Positions 12,737-24,493 of a stretch of 64,000 nucleotides of DNA are shown here, piece by piece. The notes under the pieces were generated by a model. That model was not told the DNA's origin, did no database searches, and worked only from the letters and a program-made list of their open reading frames with translations. Where the stretch lies: contig JAPEUI010000010.1 in assembly GCA_026025075.1 (NCBI GenBank), positions 1-64,000 on the forward strand, written 5' to 3'. How positions within the stretch are numbered: the stretch's first letter is position 1; every line of letters begins with the position of its first letter. The position numbers and the translations under genes were made by a program. The stretch comes from Vezdaea acicularis. Its lineage: Eukaryota.

Positions 12737-14629
12737 TCAAACATCCGCTTTCCCACCAGTGACTTTAGCCGCCTGAACCGCACTCATCTTCTGAGTCCAA
12801 CCGACTGCAGGAGCAATTTTCCTGACCGTGCGAATTTCGTCGGAGGCATATCCGGGAATGCGAATGTTGTAATTTCGTTCGAGGATAAGTTGGATATCAC
12901 GAATCTCGAGAGTTGAAGATTGACGAAGTTTGGCTAGGCGGCAAGCATTGGATGTGACCTGATCGATGAAGTCATCGGCTAGTTGGAGGAGAACCTTTAC
13001 GTGATGTTAGTCATTTGGAAATGAAGTGAGATTATTTCTTGCAACGAATAGGCAATTTTCTAGGACTGGTCTTACTTCTTCGACGTCTGCGCTAACTCCC
13101 TCACCGCCAAGTCCCTCACTTCCTCCTGTCACCTGACGGACAAGCTCATCCAATTTATTCTTGTTCAAGACCCTGCCAGCTTCATCTGCGACAGCATACT
13201 GAGGTGGTTTCTGAAAAGCTGGTTGACCCATAACGCCACCACCGACGTTCCCTGAACCTCCAGAGAGAGTTGGCCGAGCAGGGGGCATAGCAACGGGTTG
13301 AGGGAATGGAATATTGAGGGTTTTGGAAATTGGCATCTTAGGCGTAGAACGATCTCCACCTACGCCAATATGAGGAGGTGCGTGGGGGGGTTGCTGCGTG
13401 TTGTGTTGTGGAGGTTGCTGGTGTTGAGAGCCGGTGGGGTGGCCGTGAGAGAAACTCCCGGAATGAGTTGTTGGTGTCTGGCGAATTTCTGAGTAGGAAC
13501 GCGCTGCTTTTTCCATGGCGCTTTGATGGCTCAATGGCATCGGCGCTCGATTCTGCGATGCCGCTGATTGCGGCAAGGCCGATTGAGGGGATGTTTGCTG
13601 TGATCCTTGTTGGTTCGTACTTGCAGTCTGGAGGTTCATGGGCGGGCGCTGCGGCCGAGGCTGCGCACCTTGTACAAGGCCTTGCTGTTGTTTCTGAGGA
13701 GGCTTGAGTTGGTCCTGCGTAGAAGCTGATGGGCTCATGACTGATGAAGCCCCCGGATGTTGCGGAGTTTGCATAGATTCAGAGGAAACATTCAACGGTC
13801 GTCCAGGTTGTCCTGCAACTGGTGACATAGCAGGCGCAGGAGCATTCCCCTGATATTGAGGCCCTCCTGTGTTTATTCCTGGCCCGCCACCTGAATTGTT
13901 AGGTTGAGCCTTAAGGGCCCCTTCCCCTTTCCTCCATTGTTCTTGTTGAAGACGGAACTCCGTTATAAATTTGCGTTCTTTCTCGAGCGTAGCTCTGAAG
14001 TTCCTCTTTCTTTCCTCAAGCTCAATCAATTGGTTCTGGGCGAGCGGCTTCCCCTCTGCTGCTCGGCTTTTAATTATGCTATCCAGCTTATCTAGATTTT
14101 GTTTCAATACTTGTACGTTGTGCATTGCCCTCGTGTGTCGATTGATGTTTTCCTTGAGCCATTTGTCTTGTTCTGGTCCAGGTGCGATGCCCGGATGAGG
14201 GACATATTTAAAGTCTTTGAAATTCTGAGTTATCTCAGGTGCAGCTTGGTTCTGCTGTCGAGAACCTTGTTGACTCGGCTGCTGCTCTGATGGTCTCTGT
14301 TGTTGAGGAGCTGCTGTTCCAGCATCCTCAGCCGCAGCTACCCTTCTGCGCTCTTGCTGCTGCTCAGGAGTCGAATTCTCAAAATTTTGCTTTTCAACAT
14401 GTAGGTTTACTGTTAATTGCTGGAGTGACCTTCCCGCTTTTTGATACTCAGGGCTATCTGGAGGTTGTGTTCTGAACTGTTCCCATAGGAGATTTAGATG
14501 TCTTTCAATTTTCGCTTTCTTGGCTTGACTGGCATGACCTATATATTGCTCTACCTCGTGTGCTTTAACCCAGGACTGTTGAGGAGTTTTATTGGCCACG
14601 TTTTGACCTTGTGTACTTGTGCCATTCAT
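12737..14629 (-). CDS. TAF12: TFIID/SAGA subunit TAF12, 2 exons (intron 12995-13075)
   Basis: Q/P-rich N-terminus, then histone fold [14 protein letters not shown]...[55 protein letters not shown] at 12737-12739. Confidence 0.93.
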
Positions 14630-15166
14630 GATGGAGGAGATTCGTGCTTGTAGGCGAACAAACTGCGGGGAGGAGTATAAGGCTTATCATTCAGATTCTT
14701 CGTTATTAAGGGAACTTATGTTTAGGGAAGATGAACCATCTGTAAGGCGAAGATGGAAGAGATGCTAGGAATATGGACGCGATTCTCGTAGGTGCCATAT
14801 ATCATGTCCAAGATGGAGCGCTCTTAAAAGCGCTCTTTCAAACTCGCGAGTCAACCTTGGTACGCAGAAACTAGCGTCCTTTGTCCGACCCCTCGTCTTC
14901 CGACATAAAGAATTCGCAATATACTCTTGACATATCATTAACCCAAAGCGGGGCGGGTCATCTTTGATACGAATAAAGGTAGAACGTAGAGGTTTCGTCC
15001 CAAACCAGCGTAGACAGGATGGCGTTCGAAACAAGTAAGCATGAGTGCGAGCTTGATATCCGTGTTCGGATCGCAGGGCATCTATTGTAGCAACGATCAT
15101 CTTTGCATAGTATGCATAGCATGCATAGGTTCCATACGCTAAGACTGAGTCCGATTAGATTTCTCT

Positions 15167-16173
15167 ATGACGATGCTTAGCATAAAGAGCGCATTTCTTA
15201 GCGGTCTGACATTAGCTGGCCTTTACGGCTTTATAAGTGATTTGAGCCCTGGCTGTGGTCGGCCTGTGCCTGGCAACTCAGTCCCGGGAGGGCAGAGTCT
15301 GACCTTTGTTATTCTAAGTGACGGGAGAGAAAGATCATATAATTTATACCTTCCCCAGGCGTATAAATCTCAAATACCTACAAGTGTCATCCTTTCTTTC
15401 CATGGCCAAGGTCGGGATGCGAAAGAGCAAGAGATTCTCTCTCAGTTTTCCGATCCATTGTTTAATAGATATGCAATAGCAATATATCCTCAGGGTATAA
15501 ATGTGAGATAACTGTAAGTTGGGGCTGTATCGTAAGCTAACAACAGTAGAATACTTGGGAAACCAATCCGCACGCACCTTCAGATATATCAGATGTCCAA
15601 TTTACAAGCGATTTGCTTGACCACATCCTGGATAGCTATTGCGTGGATCCTACTCGTATATACGCGTCAGGAAAATCCAATGGCGGTGGCCTGGTTGGTA
15701 AGCTGGCTTGTGACAGCACCATGGCTTCTCGGATCGCGGCGTTCGCCCCAGTCGCGGCTGCTTTCTATAAGAACTTGATAGGAGAGTGCAATCCCGGTCG
15801 TGCTGATATACCGATTCTTGAATTTCATGGACAGTATGACGACGTCATTCCATACGAAGGTGGCATGAGGCATAACCAACCTCTGTTCCCCATACCAGTT
15901 TGGCTACAAGATTGGGCTAGTAGGGATGGTTGTGAAGGCTCTATGGCAAACGTTACAGTGCCCTTGTATGACGGTGTTGTGAAGCGGTCTTCTTGGAAAT
16001 GCAGCGGGAAAACAGCTATTGTGGCGGGTTACTATACACATGATCTAGGACACACCTGGCCGAGCACCGCACCCAACTTAGACAACAAGACCGGACATAC
16101 CGTATATAATGCAACGCCGATCATCATGGAGTTCTTCAAGTCACATCCACTTTCTCGCCCCGAAGAACTCTGA
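15167..16173 (+). CDS. Secreted CE1/PHB-depolymerase-type esterase (feruloyl esterase-like), 2 exons (intron 15503-15549)
   Basis: Hydrophobic N-terminus, RSYNLYLP, ILSFHG, AIYPQG, nucleophile elbow GKSNGG, EFHGQYDDVIPY and GHTWP, giving a Ser-Asp-His triad. Confidence 0.87.
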
Positions 16174-16311
16174 TAGTTCAGGCTTGATGTTGTATTTTAG
16201 CTATAAATCTGGGCGCATAATTGAAAGCTCTGTCTTGTCACATTTAGATCTCAAGAGTTGAACGTGAAAACAAGTCAAGAGCTTCTCGTCTCCAGCATAT
16301 GAAACGAGTGG

Positions 16312-17394
16312 CTACGCTGCCTTTGCCTTCTCAACCGGGCCCGTACCTTGCCTCCTGGAACCCTCAATTTCCTTCCTTTCCCTATCTTCAGGCTTGAATC
16401 TCTTCGTAACTGCTTGCACCATCAGTCCGAACCAGTATAAGTTAAGACACCATAGAATTGTGTTGCTTAATAGGTATGTCACCGCCAACCAAGACGGTAC
16501 AGTTCTCCAGCCGGCAAAAGCCATTATTTGCTGCTCAGGATTGTTTCGCACCCGATCTGAGGTTGCGACTATATTGAAGGGCTTCGCATGGTAATTTCTA
16601 GGTGCCTGAACACGTCCCGCCTTGTATGCTGCATACAAATCATGATAGATGAGCGCGGATGAGTAGGTACCCCAAACATTTCGGCACCCGAAGAACATTA
16701 GTATCAAAACGATTCCATTGTATAGCTGAAGGCGCGAGCCAGTAAGACCGAGCTTGTCACAGAACCAGTGGATGTTGAGAAATGGTGTCGAGAGTTCGTA
16801 TAGCACGAAGGACATCCCATAGTAATTACCAAAGGGTCTCTAGTCATGCACCAAACCGCTTGTCAGCCATGCTCATGTCTTCTGGGACAATAACGACAAT
16901 TCAGATGCACATACAAAGCCCAAAGTCACCACCAGCAGCGCTGACACCGCATGCACTAAGTCTCCTATCCCCATCATTTTCACGTAGTACGCGCTAATCC
17001 CTAGATCCCATAAGAAGTAGCCCATGCTGAAAGCCTGGACGAGTGCTCCGGCCCCAGTGTATCCCCATATGCGCTGCTCCCAGTCCATCCTGCTCCTTTC
17101 TATATCCCACAAGATCACCCAAGATGCCAGTCCACAGATTATAAGTGATTGGAGTAGCGAAACCACATGAATGTCCCACTTTATCTTTGTAGTTCGAGAT
17201 TGTTGGCCGTAGCTTTTTGGAAAGAAATAGCCAGATAGAAGGGGGGACACACTTAGATATATGAATTGGTAGAGCGTGTATGCAAGGAAAACTTCGAAGA
17301 GGTGGAGAGGAAGGGTATTGAGCGAGAGTCGTTGCGCCAGAGGATCAACCATGGCCATGAGGGGGGAGTTGGTGTATGAGAGAGGATCCAACAT
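16312..17394 (-). CDS. TLC (TRAM/LAG1/CLN8) domain ER membrane protein, TMEM56/Tda4-like, 2 exons (intron 16840-16914)
   Basis: WDIHVVSLLQS, GYFLWDL, HAVSAL, YELSTPFLNIHWFCDK and LNLYWF motifs; C-terminal KAKAA (KxKxx ER retrieval). Confidence 0.88.
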
Positions 17395-17903
17395 CGTGGG
17401 GAAGGCAAGCGGTAGCTACCCCTTATGACAGATCGAATGTGGGAGAAATGTGCTGTACCAGTTGAAGAGAGGTTGACCGTAAATCAATGAAGGTGGGTTC
17501 TTAAGACTCGGTCTTAACTCTCATGGCAGCAGCTGAACATCAAAATGCAAATCGTCATCGTGCATATAATGCCTCAATAACTCGATATGCCTAATCTGAA
17601 CATACTTAATAACGTCAGCATATTCTAACGCGAAAGGGGCATCATTGAAACTTTCAATGCAGATTATAAACAGTTATGTAAATCAATCAGATCAAGTTGA
17701 ATCGACTTTTTCCAGCTCGCTTCCCAAGCGCTGCGCGCGCCCAAATATTTTAGGCCTGAAAGCTCACTCCACGTTCATCATGAGCCCCGAAGCTTGAACT
17801 CAAGTCTGCAAATATCTTCGATTTTCCAACGGAACCCCCTAAGTTCCTAAGCAACAGTGCGACACTTCGTGATAGAGCGTCTTGCAGGCGCTCAATCACC
17901 GCG

Positions 17904-18700
17904 ATGTCCGCATTGCCTACTTATCATGGTGTGGTGGTCTCCGCCGGCCGTATGATGAAGACTGTGAAGGTCCGCATAGCCAAATCAGCCTATAATTCAC
18001 ACATTCGGAAGGTGCGTCGCGTCTCATACAAGTTCCAATCGTATAATTCAAGTACTCGCCAGGCCATTCATCTTCTCCAATTGACCCCATAGTCCCCTAC
18101 TCAACTCCTGCGCTAATGCTCCTTCCTCAGCGCACAACGAGACCACATCACCTCCTAGTCCATGACCCACATTCCTCTCTACATACCGGAGACGTAATTG
18201 CGCTCCAACCCGGTTGGCGTGTCAGTAAAACCGTGCACCATGTAGTCACAAGAATCATAGCCCCTTGGGGTAAGCCTATAGAAGAGCGGCCGCCTGTGCC
18301 AACGGAAGAAGAGCGCTTGGAAGTTAGGGAAGAGAAGAGGGCGAGGAAGTTGAAGAGAAGGGAGGAAAGGGGCCAGAATTTGGAGCATAAGGCTGAGGTG
18401 GGGATGAATGCGGAAGTGAACGGGTTGGGGGAGGACATCAGGACCGAAGTGCCCCTGGATGGGAGTAGTGGGCAACTTGGTGAGGGAGGAGCGGAGGGTG
18501 GTGAGGGGACGGTGAGAAATACTGGGGCGCTTGAAGAAGCTCTTCTCCTTGACAGTGCAGAGCTAGGAGGGAAGATTGCAGAACTTCCACCTGAGAGATC
18601 GGAAGTACCTAAGGACGCGCCAAAGCTGGAAGGAGAAGCCAAAAATGCTGCGTCGAAAAAGGCGGGTAAAGTGGACAGCTGGCGAAATTGGCTAGGCTAA
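17904..18700 (+). CDS. MRPS17: Mitochondrial ribosomal protein uS17m, 2 exons (intron 18012-18130)
   Basis: S17 OB-fold motifs GVVVSAGRMMKTVKVR and LVHDPHSSLHTGDVI...RVSKTVHHVV; long acidic C-terminal tail. Confidence 0.85.
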
Positions 18701-18912
18701 GAAGTGTGAATTGTAAAAGAGGGCCCCGGAAAGAATCTTGTATATAGTAGATCACTCCACGGTTTAGAATGTATAAACTAGGATATCGGAAAGGGCCACA
18801 TAGTTGTCGCCCCCCCTTTTAAGTTTTTGGACTGATGATATTTTGAACCATCTTTCTACCGTCCGTATTCCTGTCAGTCCCACATTACACATGCAGATCA
18901 GCGCCTTTCCTC

Positions 18913-21622
18913 CTAGCCACCCCTTTCGCCAAATTCAGTAGCCCAATCCTCGAACTGCTTTAAACCTTCCTTACTTACACTAGGTCTGATATTGACCAAA
19001 CTAGCCTCAAAATCTCTCATGCTGATTGGAGGGATTTGATCCATAGGGGTACGTAGAAGCGCTTCTCCTAGATTGCGCAACGGTCCCATTGCAGCATCCT
19101 TGGCCAAAGCGGTGATATCTGAACCGGAGAAACCTTAAGAAAAGTTAGTTGAAGCCAGTACGATGTTATCTGAAAGACTTACCGTCAGTCAGTTTAGTGA
19201 GGACGTTAATATCACGCTGACTTAATTGATGCTTTTGGTGGCTCAGCAAAGTGCGAAGTTGAGTCCCTCTGACATGATCCTCTGGCAAAGGAATATACTG
19301 GCGCCTGACAAATCTTCGTCTTGCAGCCTCATCAATAGCCCACGGCAAGTTTGTTGCAGCGAGGACGAGGACTCTAGTCGCGTCTCCTCGTTCAACGTCT
19401 TTTGCACTTTGCTTGCTGCCTGCAGCTGCACGCTGAAGGTCAGACCATTGAATCAAGAATTCCGTTTTGATACGTCGGGTTGCCTCGTTCTCGCCAGAAC
19501 CAGAGCGCGTTGAGAGTAGTGAGTCAATTTCGTCGACAAAGATGATTGATGGCGCAAGCGCTTTTGCAAGAGAGAACAAAGCGCGGACGAGCTTCTCCGA
19601 TTCACCGAGGTACTTTGAGGTCAAGCTACTTGCCGAGATCGAGAAGAAAGTTGACTTTGACTCTGTGGCCACAGCTCTTGCGAGCATGGTCTTACCAGTT
19701 CCAGGTGGCCCAAAGAGTAACATTCCTCGAGCAGGCTCTCTTAAGCCGACGTAAAGATCGGGTCTGAGGAAAGGGTAAACTACGGCCTCTTTGAGGGCAT
19801 TCTTCGCAATTGTCAGTCCGGCAACATCATCCCAGTGGACTTCGTCTCCTTGAACCACGATCTCATTGAATATTTGTTTTGCGGCCTGCTCATCGACGCC
19901 CTTGGGAAGGTTTGCGATAAGATACCTGACTCGCTCTTGCCATCGCTGCTCTGCTTCTGTGATGGGGGAATGGCATTCTTCAGAATTTGATGATGTTGGT
20001 GTGGTCGGTGAACCAGCTAAGATAGCATCGTCAATCTTCTTTCGAGGCGATCGCCGACGTCTTGGTCTTTCCCCCACGTCCAGCCCAATGTTTCCACCAG
20101 GTCTTGCAGGCCCACTGGGCTTTTCATCTTCATCTCGACTTGTCCGAGTACTTGTGGAAAGAATTGCAGTCTTTCGTGGCAAAGGCGCAGGGGGTTTTGG
20201 TGGCTTCAAAGTAGGCTCGCGTACCGCAGAGTGTCTTGAGAGAGACTTTCGGTCTGAATTGGAACGGATGGGTAGCGTCAGCTGGCTCTCGTTTTCGCGA
20301 CGTCGCGGTGATCTCGATGAACGCTTTACGCGGCCGCTATCTGAGGATAGCACCTCAGCTGATCTGCTGTTCTCCTTCCCCGGCGACAATGGTCGGCCAT
20401 TAGGAGGAAGGGTTGGGGGCCAAAGGCTATCTTTGTTCACTGTCCTTGATACTCTCGACTCTGCTTCGTTTTCGGGCCTCGATGCTGAAGTCCCTCTATG
20501 ATAGGTCTGAAAGTAATTTGGAGGGTATGATGGTGGGAAAGGGGGATTTGCTTCTGTTTCAGCGCTTTTCTTGTTGTAGCTTGATATATAATCTGATGGG
20601 CTAGGAGGTCTCATAAACTCGTTACTTGCAGACGAAGTGTAGTCGAACCCAGTCAGGCCTTGCGCTCCCGAAGAGTCCGTGAGACTGTTTCGATGAGCAG
20701 GATGGATGGAACTGACTGTGGATGTACTTGCTCCATATGCGTTATAGTCCACTGGGAGGCCGTTAGATCCGATTCTTGGTGTCGACACCCAGGCTTGCGA
20801 TGCGGCCTTAGCAGCAGCAACACCGCTTTCCTTCCTTTGACTAGTCTTTTTGGATCTAGGTTCCTTTTTGCGATCTCGTCCGTCTCTTAAAGTCATCCGT
20901 AGGCCACCTTCTTTCCTCTTTTCTGGGCTGGGTGTTCGAGATGTCTTCCTACGTGGTGCTGCAAGGGTAGGACTTGAATATGGTGTAGGGGACGGCGCCG
21001 GGCTGGAGATCCCTGATGGAGGAGCTCCCCGTCTTATGGAGGCATCGGACACGATATCTCGCTGAACCTGAGGTCTAGGTGGCAGCGACGGCGTAGGGCG
21101 AGGAACTTCAGAATAGTCGACTGCCCGTACAGTTCCCTGAGCGAGCCAGCCTGATTCTCTTTCGGAAGAATATCTCGGAGTGTTTGCTGAGCGGACTTTT
21201 GAAAGAGGCTCTACAGGTGAACCTACTGCGCCAGGATTGCTATCACGACGGCTTTCTTTTAGAGCTTCGAGGAGTTGTATTCGCTCCTTAGCTTGTAAGT
21301 GCATCTCCCGAAGAGAGTCTTGGAGAGCTTTTTCGGTATCCGACCGCGGCCGAAAACCTGACGGTAGGCCGTAGGCATTGAACTCGGTAATCTTGTCATC
21401 TACAGCCTTCCATTTCCTTAACGCTTCGGACTCGTTTTGCTGCAAGGGAAAAAGGTCAATCAATTGATCTATTGACATGAGAACTCGCATATCCCCATGT
21501 CCTACTTCTATATGCTGAATCCTTGAGCTTACCTGGCCCTCAAAATACACGGCTGTTGAGCACATCAAGAAACACTCATCGTACGTCCTCTGAAGAGAGG
21601 ACGAGACCTTGTTGCGCATCAT
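18913..21622 (-). CDS. Meiotic-clade AAA+ ATPase (Sap1/Yta6, fidgetin/spastin-like), 3 exons (introns 21440-21532, 19134-19182)
   Basis: WDDVAGL, Walker A GPPGTGKT, pore loop SKYLGESEK, Walker [28 protein letters not shown] and a Vps4_C-like tail IRPSVS...FG. Confidence 0.92.
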
Positions 21623-21794
21623 TCATTCGGCGTGCGGACCAAAGTCGGTCCATAAAAAGCTTTGCCGAGGAAACTTGGAAGTGGCGAATGGGTTATGTCA
21701 AAAGATAATAAGGGGTCTGGCGTTCTCATATGTAAGGGTTAGAAGATGTATCGGGGGGGGGGGATCGTTGAGCCTTGCCAACCACAAGCGACTG

Positions 21795-21808
21795 TGACGT
21801 CTGACGTC
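21795..21808. promoter_or_regulatory. Tandem CRE/ATF-like sites (TGACGTC x2) upstream of the AAA ATPase
   Basis: tgacgtctgacgtc lies about 175 bp upstream of the ATG at 21622. Confidence 0.35.
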
Positions 21809-22352
21809 GCGTGGGGCAATGGATCTGTGCTGGCGCGTTTAAACATTCATTTGCAGACTCCATTGCGGAAGAGCGTTTACCAAAATCACCAACCTGCATT
21901 TGCTTTTGTTATGATTCTAGACTCTCAATCAATTTGGGGCATCGCATTGCGCACAATCTTGCAAGACTGAAAGACTAGTTCTCGAATCACGAATGCTTAT
22001 TGTACTGTACATGCACTCCATCTATCGTCACAAACCCTCCCGAAGTCGATGCTTCCTAACGCCATGCTATGCCGAGTAAAAGCGGTAGAACAGGTTCAAC
22101 TTCCATGCAGGCCGCCGTTGGCCTTGAAGACCTTCTATAATGCGATCGCAGTAGAACATGCAAGGTATATCCAAACGCTGCACGAAGGGCCTTTCCACTT
22201 CGTCCTAGACCCACATATTCGTCCGATGCTCGTCTTCCGCTCTAAGATGTATTGAGATGATTAAGTGATGGAGATTTTTCTTGATAGAGTCATGCCGGGT
22301 AGAGCCTTTGCTGATCATTTAGATAAACCCTGGCCGGAACTGATTCCGAACC

Positions 22353-23695
22353 TTAAGGATCTTCCGCATGTGCTATGAAATACGCCTTTGCCATCTCATA
22401 CGAGGTCCTGTGCATTGAGTTAGCGACAGGAATTTCGTGAGCACATGCTTCGAGGGCAAAGGTGTATCTTACCAACATATCGCGGTGCTGGGCATTGTTG
22501 TAATTATTCTGGGCCGCAAACCACGGAAAAACCCACCAAATCCGCTTCGCTGCTTTATTATCCTTGCTGCATTCCACAAACCCCTCGCGTTCCTAATCTC
22601 GAGGTCGTTTGCGTTTCCCCGAGTTTGTAAAAGTGTTTTTATCACGTCTAATGGTGTTGTTACCCCAGCAGCAAATGCTCCAGCTAGCCCTCCAGCTACG
22701 CAATGTGTGACTGGATCATATGCTTTCGACGGATTCATGACCTTTGATATTGATTCGTATGCAGTAAACTGCATTGCAGTGAAAGGAATAGTCATAGCAA
22801 GCGTAGTTGGATAGGAGACATAAAATGCCGAGATGCCCTCTGTGCGGTAAACAATTCTTGCGCACTCTGCCATGGACTTATAGATCGAGCCGTGCACTTG
22901 CATCCGTTGTTTTATGACTGTGCGGAAAGTTAATAGAGTAGGTCGCGTTTATCCGATTATAGGGAAATAACAAACCATCGAAAGGGTTCATGAGAGCGTC
23001 GGACGCTACGGTGGCACACGCACCACTTGATGCTAAGCTCTGTGTAAGCTGAGAATTGCAGCGTGGAGTGAGAATTCTGCGGACCTGCAGCTAGAGGGTG
23101 ATGATCTGCTCCAGTCCCTTCATTCCCTCCCATTGCCTGTTTGACCGCCTCGTATGTCGCGAAATAGACCGCATGCGCTGGGCCTAGGTGATGGGTCAAT
23201 AGGCCGTCATCTTCGTTCTTTTCAATCAAACATACCAGCCCCAACTACTACGCTTGACATGCCTCTCCATAATGTCCTGATGCCCTCCTGCGTATATATT
23301 CGGCCAACAGCGTTTGAAATACCCGTGTATACCGCTGCGGGTGACGGATTGACCACTTGCATTCGGGTCTAAGTGAGGATTAGGACGTTTGCCAGTTATA
23401 TGAGGGCTAAGTATTGTTTGCGATACCTTAATTGCATCGACAGGGTACATGACAGTGTGCTCCTTTAACCTCGTGTTAGGTATGCCCTTGGCTCTATTTC
23501 CTCGGAGTAAGCTTACTGCTATGCCAGCAAAGGCACCTGCCGCAAGGTTTGCGGCAAGAGAAAAATTTGACGGAAGAGCTTCATAGCTAGAAGTTGGGAA
23601 TTAGCGCATATTCAAAGTAATCCATATGGGGGATATGAAAGTAGGTGAGGGACGGACTCGTATTCTTCAACTGGTATCGGATCATGAGCGGCCAT
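22353..23695 (-). CDS. MRS3: Mitochondrial carrier, mitoferrin (Mrs3/Mrs4-type), 8 exons; alternative in-frame ATG at 23707
   Basis: EEYDYEALP...AGAFAGIAEHTVMYPVDAIKTRMQ, GPAHAVYFATYE, MNPFDVIKQRMQ and TTPLDVIKTLLQ (three carrier repeats); seven GT-AG introns keep the frame. Confidence 0.92.
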
Positions 23696-24493
23696 TGAAG
23701 TCACCATTTGTTGCAGGTTCGGGAGCCGCAATGTCCTTATGGCGCTTCGATGAGGAGGTAACACCCCTCAAGAAGAAGGCCTCTTGAATTCGTCCCAGCA
23801 AGGATTAAGTCGGGCGCAGGGAGCCCAACGCTGGTTACGTCTCTTGCTCCTGGAAAAGATTCGTTCAGTCGTAATGACGGAGAATAATTCAAGAGGCGAA
23901 TGCTTGGCTAGACGGGCCTCGCTTTGCCGAGCCCACGGAAATGCAAGCATATTGCAAGACTAGGGCACAAGGGGCGTCGATCTATGCCGGAGATTGCCGC
24001 TTGCGCTATCAATCTGTTAGCGGCGATTTCATAAAAGTATGGGTAAGGACTCTAAAGTGTTTGGCACCTCGTTGTTGGCCCGGACGTGAAGTCAAGTCAG
24101 AGACTTTAGCTTCATGAATAATTCGTCGCGAAATATCATGATCCTTAGAACGTTACAGTAAGCTCTCCAAACTCGGCTACTGTAGGTAGTCAAATAGGCG
24201 CGGTTGCGGGCGGCCCTGAAGTTAGAAGACGCGAGTCTAAACCTGGCGCACTGGGTGGATTCTCATTGCTCACTCAACTGTGAAGTAGTGCAAGGATGCG
24301 AATAATTGTGCGCCTGATACTCTACACAACGCTGCCTCGCGCAGCCTGGCTACTGCCAGTGATCGATTTTACCAAAAATAAGAACGCCCTATCCCAATGC
24401 GCCTTCTATGCATTTAAGCTGACTATCCTGCTCTATAGTATGCTTGTTGCGCATAAACCACCCATGCAGCAAAGGTACGAAGCGAGCTTCTCT

